Shown here piece after piece: positions 36,701-48,787 of a DNA stretch of 64,000 bases; position 1 is the stretch's first letter, and each line of letters begins with the position of its first letter. Made by a program: the position numbers and the translations under genes. The notes under the pieces were generated by a model. It saw only the letters and a list, made by a program, of their open reading frames with translations. It searched no databases and was not told the DNA's origin. The stretch comes from Lingula anatina (Eukaryota > Animalia > Brachiopoda). The stretch covers positions 39,162,788-39,226,787 of the forward strand of contig CM120640.1 in assembly GCA_051362555.1 (NCBI GenBank), given 5' to 3'.

Positions 36701-37780
36701 CATGCGTCTGCAAGCAACCGAGCCTTCAGTTCGCACTCAGGAACCCTAGTCCCATACATCAAAATTGAATAAAATATTTCTCTGTGGTTTCTCATTTTGA
36801 TTATAGTAAAAAAAGGGTGTGTGTGTGTGTGTGTGTGTAAGATTACATAAATATAACCGTTTCAGCACTTACAAATAAATCGGATCAATATAAGTCTTTG
36901 GGATTAACGATTTGCCAACGTACAATCATAAAAATGAAATGATTAAAATGCTTTCTAAATGTGCTTAGTATTGAATTGATTTAAAAAAAAATTGAGCATT
37001 TTAAATTTTCAACCCCTTGGCATAATGTAAAATATTTTGATGTATGGAATTTGATTGACCACGAGTCTTTCAATTCCCGTTTTCGGCACAGTCTAAAAGT
37101 TGATCTTTAAAATGTATCTTCAATTTTATCGTGTATTTGCTGACCAATTTTAAAGTCCACTTGGTCTTAAATGTGCAAAAATAATGAAGTTATTAATTAA
37201 ATAAAGGTATACTATCCGCGATTAAAATGCCCCTAAGCCCTATTACATGACCATATTTCTTGCATAATTCAATCATTGCATAATTCGGCATAATTCTGTT
37301 ATAATTCATAATTCTATAATAATTCGTAGAATAACTTAATTTTAAGCCAATTATCCAATCTTTCTCTGCCTGTAAAATTTAATATTCATCCTCTTCCTAA
37401 TATTTCTAGCGTAATAGCTTTAGGATTGACGCATGTTTCTTTGGATTTCTTAGCTTTCATTTACATTCTAGGATAGTTTCATTTTCATCATCATTGTTAT
37501 GTTTGTTTGTTTGATTCCAATTTTTCATAGCATTTTCATTGTTAATGGCAAAAATTCACTGGATTTCTACGTCTTTTTGTGATGACCGTTTTCGAGAATA
37601 TTTTCTATTTTTTCTACTTTATTTAATGTATTCTGTAAATTTTACACGAGATAAAATTTAATGGATTTGTACTGAGAAGAGTTTATGTATATTCTCAAAT
37701 ATTTGAAAATAAAGTAGAAAATAAATTTTGTTTTTGAAGTAATGATGCACCAAACGTTACATAAATAATGTGCATGCCTA

Positions 37781-38505
37781 CCTATCACCCCTCAATTTGA
37801 AATGGACTCGCCCCACCTTTCACCCCTCAAGTTGGAATGGACTAGCTCCACCTGTCACCCCTCAAGTTGAAATGGACTCGCCCCACCTGTCACCCCTCAA
37901 ATGGAATGGACTCGCCCCACCTGACACCCCTCAAATGGAATGGACTCTCCCCACCTTACACCCCTCAAGTTGAAATGGACTCGCCCCACCTGTCACCCCT
38001 CAAATGGAATGGACTCTCCCCACCTGTCACCCCTCAAGTTAAAATGGACTCGCCCCACCTGACACCCCTCAAATGGAATGGACTCTCCCCACCTGTCACC
38101 CCTCAAGTTAAAATGGACTCACCCCACCTGACACCCCTCAAATGGAATGGACTCTCCCCACCTGTAACCCCTCAAGTTAAAATGGACTCGCCCCACCTGT
38201 CACCCCTCAAGTTGAAATGGACTCGCCCCACCTGACACCCCTCAAATGGAATGGACTCTCCCCACCTGACACCCCTCAAGTTGAAATGGACTCTCCCCAC
38301 CTGTCACCCCTCAAGTTAAAATGGACTCGCCCCACCTGACACCCCTCAAATAGAATGGACTCGCCCCACCTGTCAACCCTCAAGTTGAAATGGACTCGCC
38401 CCACCTGACACCCCTCAAATGGAATGGACTCTCCCCACCTGACACCCCTCAAGTTGAAATAGTCTCTCCCAACCTGACACCCCCTCAAGTTGAAATGGAC
38501 TTGTC
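37781..38505. repeat. Minisatellite of 34/35-bp units, largely alternating as a 69-bp dimer, about 21 units
   Basis: Units ccctcaagttgaaatggactcgccccacctgtcac and ccctcaaatggaatggactctccccacctgacac repeated with no unique spacers. Confidence 0.96.
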
Positions 38506-40080
38506 CCTCCTTTGAACACGCAAAATGGAGTGGGATCAACCCAACCAATACCCCCTAAAATAAAATGTTACTTCAGCAGATGCGATGCGGCATCTCCATC
38601 ATTCGTTTCCAACCATAACTCAAAAACTCGAATTGTATTATTTATTCATGTAATAAAAAAATCTCAGAAAACCATAGTGAACAAAAGCAAGAAAAATATA
38701 TTTAAAATATTCTACTTGACAATCTTTTAAACATAAAATAATAGATACGTGCTTTAGTCATGGCCGTTACTTGACCATTAATTTTATTTTAAAGTTTGCA
38801 TATATCATACATGTCCTTTATTGTTACAATGTAAATTCAACAAATTAGAATTCTCAGACGGTCAGATAGTGTTTACAAAATGTGTAAAATTACACAACAC
38901 TGCTTTAAATACAGTGAAAAAATGAAAGAGAAATGAGACCTGATAATATAATGAAATGTTGTAGAACTGCCAATTTCTGAAAGTATTCCATTTCCATTAT
39001 CCCGGTTTTTGCTTTAAAACCATTATAGTGATAATAACATTTTATTGAAATATCACCTAATAAAGTATATACTTAGTCCAGCATTACAGAAAATTAAGAT
39101 TTTGAAGAAATTGAACTGAATCGTCAGAGCTTGGTTTTGGGTAAATTAAAAAAATGGATTCATAGTTTGCCTAAACATTGAACAAATCTAAATTTCGCCA
39201 TGTAAAAGGCGTACTTAAGGTAGTGTTGAGATCTTTCCACATTCTCATTTTATATTGGAATTCGAAAGATAGCACTTCTATTTTTTTGCAGAAACCAATC
39301 TCTAAAATTGTGCCAAACAAGAACAAAGATGTAAGAAATAAAAAGGTTCTATAGAATCTTGAAAATCGTACAGGATAGACAGGCACAAGGAATATATATA
39401 TACACTTCGAAACTTTTCAAATTTGAAGGGAAATGATACATCTAAGAATTGGCAGTTCGAATTTTGCTTTTCCCGATCTCAATACTGAAACATATATTTT
39501 GTATTAATAACAACTTTTTAAGTTCCAATTTTGTTCCAATTTGACAGAGCAAAGAAATACATTAAGTGCTTATGGATTCCAATATTAGTTTTGCATCTTT
39601 TAAGTCCAAATTATATTTCCCTAAAACGCATTTTATTCAGGCAAAATTGTCTGTCGTTCAGAAGTGTTACAGAACATTTACAAATGATAAACATAACAAT
39701 TGATTTCATTATTGTAAAATATAACAGCAAATGATACGGTAGTTGACCCAACTCAAGAAACTTAATCGAGTTTCAATTGTTGGTATGGTGAAAATGCTTT
39801 TTTACCTTTAAATTTGAAAGCTGTGATAAGCAAACACTATGATAAGTACACTACAGCCTGGTATAAAAATCTAAGGGGAGAAATGTTTGGGTTTTAACAG
39901 AATCAGATACATTCAAACTCCATAAATCCCATAAATCTGAAGGTATAATTTGAAACGGAAAAGTTTGATTTGTAGGGAAAAGGGACATAAGCGATCTTAC
40001 TACAGCATTTCAATATGTAAAATATTTAAAAGGCTATATAGGCCTAAAACGTTTTGAAAATCACAGTCAAAGCTTTACAC

Positions 40081-40148
40081 AGATATTTTTACCATATAAC
40101 GTGTGTGTGTGTGTGTGTGTGTGCGTGTGCGTGTGTGTGTGTGTGTGT
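40081..40148. repeat. (GT)n microsatellite (starts at about 40101)
   Basis: Read directly. Confidence 0.9.
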
Positions 40149-43100
40149 GAGCGTGGCTGTGGCCATAATTCGGCTGAAGACTAGGCAAGCTTCTATCAGT
40201 CGCATGTGCATCTTGCAGTATCTCAGCAAAGAAGATGGCAGTTCTGAAATATGAAAATAACGTTAATGACATAATTCGATATACCAATGCAATGATTCAA
40301 GATTCAAAACTCTTCATTTCAAAACAAATAACAATGAAAGTTAACACAAATTCTTATGACACTAGGAAAGGGATGACAAGTAAAATTACGATCATAGTTA
40401 TCGGATATCGTTTTCAAAGGAAATGTTCAGACGAATAGAGCAATTCCACCGGGGGATAGACTACGCTAACCAATAATGCAAAATTTTAAAAAAGTTCAGA
40501 AGGCAAATGATCTAATGCATATTTCCGTTTTCTCACGAACAGCAAATATTATTTGATGAATGATACAACAGTATGTTTTATGTATGTAAAACTGTTTCAT
40601 TTTATATTACTAAACGGAAAGTATCCTATGAATGCAATTTCTTTTTTAGTGTCATCATGAAAATCTATCAAATTCTCCCTCGCCTATCTGCTTCATTTGA
40701 AAACAAGAAAACGTTTTTTTCTAAGAAGGAAATATCTGCCTTACAGACTAGTTATTAATTTTGGTAGCTGAGAAGATTCACACTGACATATCACAGCCAA
40801 ATACTAAAGAAGTGATTTCAAATTACCAATTTGTTCAGGTGGCACGTTTACGTACACAGAGGTAGGGCCTATCTGAGTGACAGTATCTGGGCACTAAAAA
40901 GTGAAAGCTAAAATATTCCACGCACATTTTCAAAATCCAGTGAACCACCCGGACAAACTGATGGTTTACTACGCGTGGAAATATAAGAACATTATTCCCT
41001 TTGAAATTTGAACTTCCAAAAAGCATGAAAACATCATGTAAGAAAAGCCCTTGATGCAAAGAACATCTCAACCATAAAAGACAGAATCTATTCAATATAA
41101 GTGCAAATCCCAACAAGCTTCTGACAAGCTACGCTCTTAAATTTCAAAGCGCAAAAGCGGAGGAGAATCTCCTTTGTTCTAAGGATACCGTAGCTGTACC
41201 TACCACGACATCGAGTTTTGTACATCAGACGTACCTTCTTTTTTATTTTTATGCGCTTTTGGTCGTTGGACGTAGGATCCATGTAACTCACAAGACATTT
41301 GCTTCAACGGTGAATGAAATAGTCGGCCTTGCCACTTCACCACACCTATCCTGCGTCCTCTTCTTACAGTGTCCAGCTGTCAAGTGACTATTCTGGAAGA
41401 CAGCTCGAACTGCGCTGAGCGACCCATTGTTATGTTAATTACAGCAGGTATGGCAATTTGGTTGAGAAGTTCCTGTTGAAACCATTCTCACAAGAGAGAT
41501 GAATCTGTATGATCTCATGAAAAATTGAGAACATTTTTTTTTTAATCCTGAGCTGTTTTAACACTGATACAGGTTTTTTTTATCAATCGTTCGTCTTAAA
41601 ATCCCTCTTTGCAGAATGCACCAAGACATAATATCCTATGCTCACTCAACACCGTCAGAAGCTGATTGGTTTAGACAGATACAGTTCACTCACCTGTCTA
41701 TTGTCATGTTAATGCAAAGGTGTGGCCCATTTTGAGTAAGGGAACAAACAGTAACTGTCACCAAAGAATATTTGGATAATTGGAAAACTCCTATTGTAAA
41801 GTCCTCTATATACAGGCATACATTTTCAGAGACAATCTATGCACGATACGGGATATTCACAATGTTAGAGGAATTTTTCTTCATTTCACCACGTTCAATC
41901 GAAATTTTATGAATATATTTGATACGTAATTTTGATCAATATTGCATATTGATATATAGTAATCAACTAGAGAGATACGTGTCACTTCAAAGTTGTATTT
42001 TGATTTAACACTCATGTTAACCTAATACAGGCACACTGTACATTTCACATTTCCATTTAAGAGAAATGTTCAACCATTTTCAAATAGGGATTTTCTTTTT
42101 CATCGAATTCAACTTCAAGATATTTCAAATACAAATCAGTAACTCTTACGTTGCAACACATATTTGAGGCAGCTTTTGATAACACTGACAACTGTCAAGC
42201 GGTCCAAATCAAAGTTAGGCCTTTCTTACAACAGATTGGACATTTAGGGAAGTTGGGTTAGGTTAGTGTTATTTTATGCTTAATGTTTGCTTCATTCTAG
42301 TTTAGATCTTCAGTATAAGCCAAGATGTTTTTTTCTAATACTGCAATACATATTTAAGTCCTCACTGACTTTATATCCAATCTTGCGGATTTCCAAAAGG
42401 AAATTTTTAACCAATCAAATCCAATCAGCAAATTAGAAGTTGAGACAAAGACACTGTTTGTCAGGTATGGTGTGAACAGATGTGTTGGACAGTGATAGTA
42501 TGAAAAGACCAGGATACAGAATTAATTTAAACTTAGCATGTTCAAGAAAATGCCAATAAAATAAAATCTTTAAAGATATTTTACATATGCATGCTATTGA
42601 AATCAAGCCATTTGAGAAACAGAGGGCAATATATTTAAACACCACTGTGTATGTAAAAATAATTGCACACCAAATAAATCTTAATAGATGAGATTTATTT
42701 AAATAACATGCATCTGTAATGGAAGATCAAAGTTGGTCTTGTCATTAAGGACTCAGCAAAATTATCTTTCTAACTGTCAATAAACATATCATAGATGAAA
42801 AGTAAAGTCTGTAACTGCAATTTTAAAATCTAAATGTTTCTTTTTTACGAAATATTGTTAAAAATTATTGTGACATAGAATAAACAAATTATAATGCCAA
42901 AATGAAGTGTTCAGTTTTGATTTGGTTACGATATAGAAATTTTGTTGCTTTATTAACTGTGAAAAAACCTTTAACTGATGGCACAAAAATATTACTCCAA
43001 TTATGTGATCCTTTGTAAACAAAAATATTTTGGAACACCACCTGATTCAATGGAATCTAACAAAACGAAACACATAAAAAAATTACAGAAAAAGCTTTTA

Positions 43101-43773
43101 TGAAATTGTTTGATATTTATCTACAATTACTCCCTCCCCCTAACATGGAAATGATTGCGAATTAAATATCAGATTTCTGACATGATAATAAGTAACAAAG
43201 CAACAAAAATATAGCATTTAAGAATCTCAAGTTCGTATGGAAATTATCACAGATTTTGCAGCACTGAGCAAATATGTTGCAGAGGCCCCTCTATAATAGC
43301 TGACATCTCAGAATATCCTCTGCAACATCTGTCAAACTACTTGTATTACACAACACACACTCCATAATACATGGAAAGCTTTACATGAAGTTTTCACTGT
43401 GATAAGGATGGGACCTTTGTAGGTTCAACATTTTGAGAAGCAATACAACATTTCAAATATTCTTTTTATGTCTTCACACAATACAGGTTATGCAGATCAA
43501 GAAAATCTCATTCAATATTTCAAATTCAACTCATCTTCTGTAGGATGTGCTGACATGTTATTATTTTATAACCTGTTTATTTGATATATTATTTCAGCAT
43601 CTTCTGTTGACCGTTTTCACATATTAGTTTATAACAATGGCACCAGCATATATCAAAATACTTGGTACAGGCGTTGATTTGGACAAAGCTCATGTTTTTT
43701 TTCATGCAGAACACACCTGGCAAAAAACCAGACACAGTGTCTGTCCATGACAATACAGTACAGTAACATAAAG

Positions 43774-43909
43774 TTATGATTTTCCCTCCAGAAGCGCTTT
43801 TCTGGCCATCTCAGAGAAGCGAGGGTCTAACTTTGGCACAAAATCTGGGTAAAGTTTGGAAGCCTGGGTCCCATAGATGTCAAGTAGTTTTCTGTTTATC
43901 ATAGCAAAC
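43774..43909 (-). CDS. TMEM135: TMEM135 last coding exon (FAMINRKLLDIYGTQASKLYPDFVPKLDPRF...*)
   Basis: tttcag acceptor, TAA stop. Confidence 0.94.
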
Positions 43910-46886
43910 CTGAAAAGCACAAAACAAACCAAAAAATTTGTTTTTAAATAAATATTAAAAAGGACGAAACTACCACTGATTAACACTTAATAATAACCAC
44001 AATTAAAACAATTAATTAAATAAGAGGCAGATCCTTTTCCAATAAAATAAAAGTTCTGTCACACTGTCCCCCCCCTTTCCAGCAGCAGCACCACCACACA
44101 AACCTTACAGGACAGGGCTCACCATTTTGTATTAGAATTTCCTGCCTAAATCAAATGCTGTAGCCTTTAGCGCTTCATTGTGATGTGAATTTCAAACCAT
44201 GTTTTAAAGAAGACGGCAGACTCGAAGTTGTTTTAAGAGGAAGTTGACTGGGAGAGCCACTTCAAAGAAAGTAAACTGAGAGTGCTATTTTCAAGAGAGC
44301 AGACTGAGAATGCTGTTTTAAAGAGAGTATACTGAGGGTGCTGTTTTAGAGTAGACTGGGAGTGCTATTTTAAGTAAGAGAGTAGACTGGGAGAGCCATT
44401 TGAAAGAGGAGTAGAAGTGCTGTTTACTTACTTTCCTCCTGTAATCTTTAATAGCCACCTCCAATATGCAGGCCTTATGCTGTGGGCTTCAAACACAGTC
44501 TGGAAGAATTTCACAACAGTCATCAAAACCTTCACATTCAGCATAAATCTAGGAATATTACCTCTTGGTACCAACAAATATAAAATATATGATTCCATAT
44601 ACTAACAGTGTAAAAACTTGTGAATTTTTTCAATAAAAATAAATTCGATTTACTAAGTTACTACATCAGGCACTTATAGCATGAAATAATAACTAAATAT
44701 TTTATATGCTCATGGTATACAAAAATGATATTTATTGTTTACATTTTCAGTGGATCACTTATTCAAAATCTTCACCAAGTTGGGCACTTACAGCATGAAA
44801 TAATATTGAAGTGGATATACTGTACAGCAATATATCACCACATTTTATATGAGGGACCCAGCCCTTCTTTATACCTTTGAAATATAAAATCTGAAATAAA
44901 AATTATGGTTTACATTATAAACCTGACGCAATTTGGGAAAACAGTCAACATCAAGAGAGCAATAATCCATTACAGTATATTTTAATGGTCATTTTTGAAT
45001 TATGAATAATTTGAAACGAGGAACAAAGCAACTAAAAGCACTGATATACTCTATTAACAACAGGTGAAAAGATGAACTCACTTAAATTATGTAGTTTCAG
45101 GAAACAATAATTCAGGTAAACCACAAGAACATAAAAAAGTTTACAGCAATTTTGTTTTTCAATTTCGTTTTTACCTCTGTAATTTTGGTTGCTAAATAAA
45201 GAGCCACACTGGTACTCTTATAAAACAACATGGACCACGATGCCAGGAAACCTGCCACAGCTCCATGGATTGCATGGTCTGTGTCCCTCAGCCAGCGAAG
45301 TACACAGTTCACCATCTGTAGTGGGGGGAAAAAAGGTAATAACAAAGACTAAAGAACATAGAAAGTTCATTTACTCATTTACACCCACCTTCACATAAAA
45401 GACAGAAAATAAATGAAATAAATTTTTTATCTTCACAGATAGTTGTATCAGAACCAATTTTCCCTTTTACTTGCAATTCAAAAACAAATCCATTTGTATT
45501 TCATTAGGCAGAAATTCAATTTACAAAATCATTGGCCCAACAAACACAATCACACCAGAAAACTAAACTGAATCAGTGAACATGACTGGAGATACACTGT
45601 ATGAATACCACATAATTCACCGACTTGCTAAACATACCCTGAACACAGCAGTGAAGAGCCCTAGAAATGCCCCCAAGCTGAAGTTATTTCTGTGCTTCAG
45701 AGCCTGGAGAAGGCTGCTCGGTTGCTTGGTTAGTTTGGGAAGTGCAGTGAAGCAGCCGACTGCAGCTTGGACTATGTAACCCATAGTAAATGACCTGAGG
45801 AATCCCTGAAATTAAATAGAGCATGTTTTCAGACCATTCAAGGTCCACAACTGTCCTGAAAAATATAATTGGTCTCCCAGTTTATTTATGTCAGTCTGTC
45901 CAGCACATGTTTTGTAGCTAATCACAATTAAACAAGAAGGTGACACTTCTAAACAAGTCTGTTTAAAATTGTTTGATATGTTGGCATGTTGGGAAAGCAA
46001 TGTCTGACAGGTAAAATATAAGTCTAAATGCTTATCGGCCATGCATGATTTCTAGCTAGTTTTATCTGGAGAGGTTTAGACTTAACACATGTTGTTTGTA
46101 TAAAACGTGGAAACTGCGACAATACTTGAAGGCTGTTAAACATAGTTTTCAGGCGGGATAATAAATCACGAGCTGGCAGAAGGGTGGATGGTGAACCATA
46201 ACAGAGCCTCAACTTGTTTGACACTTAAAAACTCTGTAAATGCATCTTAACGATGGAGGTCTCTAGAAGCCAGCAACCTCCGCCAATATTACCTCCATAT
46301 AGATGCAATGAATTACACCAAAACGCGTTAAGATTCTGAAACCAGATGACTAACCTAGCTTAAATATAACTCGTTGATTTAAATTGCTGAGGTGAGGTTG
46401 TCTCGCTGTCTGAGGACATGACTGTGAAGCCCCCCTGGTGCCTCAGACACCGATATCCCTGTAAAAATTTATTTTATCCGCCAGCACATTTTGAATCCAA
46501 CAAGTGTAACTGAAAAAACCTAACTAGAGATAAGACAATTTTTCTATCCCTCATTCTACATACATGTAGTGTACATGAAAATAAAAGTTCATCTGTATAC
46601 ATACATACATGTATCATCAAGAGGCCCAAACTTTCAAATTCAATAACCAAATTATGGTCAAATTACCTTAAAACCCTTAATTAGTTTAGCAGCTACATTG
46701 CTATATAACACCCACCCCGTCATTTCCAACATAATTCATTATTCGCAGGCTTTATATAAAAAAAAGACTTCTTGGCAAGACTATCATCTGTTACAGTTTA
46801 ACTGTGATAACAGCATTAAAATAAAACACACCATTGTTCTGGTGCCCAACTATGTTTAAACACAATAATTAAATTTTCATCAAATC

Positions 46887-46942
<56 letters not shown>

Positions 46943-48577
46943 CCAGAAATAAATTACTTTTATAGCATTTAGGATAATATGCTAACACAAGTTTTAATAC
47001 TATTTTTCCATTGCCAGTGCCACCATTCTAAGTGCTAAGACGATTTTTGTAGACATATATGATTTAGACTTTCCCAAAGTGGAGAGCACATGGACGTTGA
47101 TCATTCCCTATAGCTGCTCAAGGAGGCATGTCATTTATCTAATCTGACTGCATTAGTGACAATCCCCATCGAGCTGGATAGATCTACGTAGAACGATACT
47201 TTCAATGGAAACGCGCTCTTAGAAGCAGTACAAATGCATCCTTTTCATCACTGTCCCCAGCACACTTACCTCTATACAGTAAGAGTGGCATCCATGCAGG
47301 TGCTTGCATAGATGGTGTCTTGGTCCCTGTCTCCATTTCTGTACTAGCTGTAGCAGCCGCTGCCACACAGCCTCTGGAAGACGGAGGACATTGTGGTATA
47401 CCTGAGATGATGTCGACTTGATTGTTCTGGCCTCAGACAGCAGATCTGGGGATTCCTCTCCACCCAACAGAAGCCTGCAATATCAAAGACACACTTGTCA
47501 GGATTGAGGAGGCTTGCTTTGATGTTCTGCTTTTTTTTTTTTTTTTAGGTAAACCTTTGTAATTCTCTATTTCTCATCACGTCATATTTTTATTGGAAAA
47601 TGTATTGTAATTAAATACATGCACAAACACAATCATGCCTTAACTGATCAAATGAGTATTGGTAAAAGAGATTTTACCATTTTTATTGGTCTTCCAGGTA
47701 TGTACGTAGATTTCAAATTAGCTATAATCCTAAAGGAGAATCATTTGACATCAATAATCAACGGCTCTTAATGCATTCTAGGAATAAATACAAGAGCACA
47801 TTTGCAAATCAAATGACAAAATGACATCAAGGGAAGTGCACAATAATTAGCAAATTCCCAGAATAGACAATACAGGTGAAAACCCCCTTTGATCTTCAAG
47901 CCATTATCATTTACTTTGCCAAGCTCAGATATAAGTATTAGAGATTATAATAATAGTGATGCTGAATATTTCTCTTTCATCTGGGTGGTATTCAAAGAGT
48001 ACAAGTTTTGTCTTTCTGTTAGAGGCACATGTCTGATGATAGTGTCTGGGAGATGCACCAGATGACCCTTCTGGGCAGACTGATAGTTGTCATCTTCTCA
48101 TCTGCTGGGAATGAAGTCATGAGAGAAAACTGTAGTCAAAACTTTGGGTGGCCTGGGGCCAATGTGTGCAGACAAACCAGACACCCAGTTGTGATTCCAG
48201 AATTTTCTTTTCTCAAAAACAAAAAAAAAATTCAATTACACTTCTTTTTCCAATATAAAAAATTCACTATAGGGTGGAGATCATTAAAATGACTAAAGAT
48301 ATGTTTTAAAATGATAATTCATCTTAATTTGTGGCCAAAATTTTTAGAAGTTGATAAGTGAGTATAGAAGCATCTGATTGTATGTAAAGCATTGAACAAC
48401 ATTCCTGCCAACAGCCATCAATCAGGCAACTGACATTGAAACTTGGCAAAAAGATCTGCCAGCTGCTTTTTCCCTTGTATAAATAGACAAGTTTATTCTG
48501 AGGTCAGAGATCAGGCTCATATCCATCACTTTTCAAATTTCTCTTTTCTTGTCTAATGCATGCATGTACACACACTC

Positions 48578-48614
<37 letters not shown>

Positions 48615-48730
48615 GACTCTCTTACTCACTTGCACAAACACACACACTCTCTTTCGCCCTCTTCTTTCTGGATCTTTCACTCTCTCTGTCACACAAACTC
48701 ACTACTACTCTCTCTCTCTGTGCATGTAAG

Positions 48731-48787
<57 letters not shown>

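Noticed and set aside
37781-38505. CRISPR-like array or repetitive protein ORFs (37770, 37867, 38276)
   Set aside because: Units are contiguous with no unique spacers, the context is eukaryotic, and the ORFs result from the 69-bp period.
46890-46941. Poly(A) run as a retroposon tail
   Set aside because: No SINE/LINE body or target-site duplication recognised; long homopolymers are common in this window.
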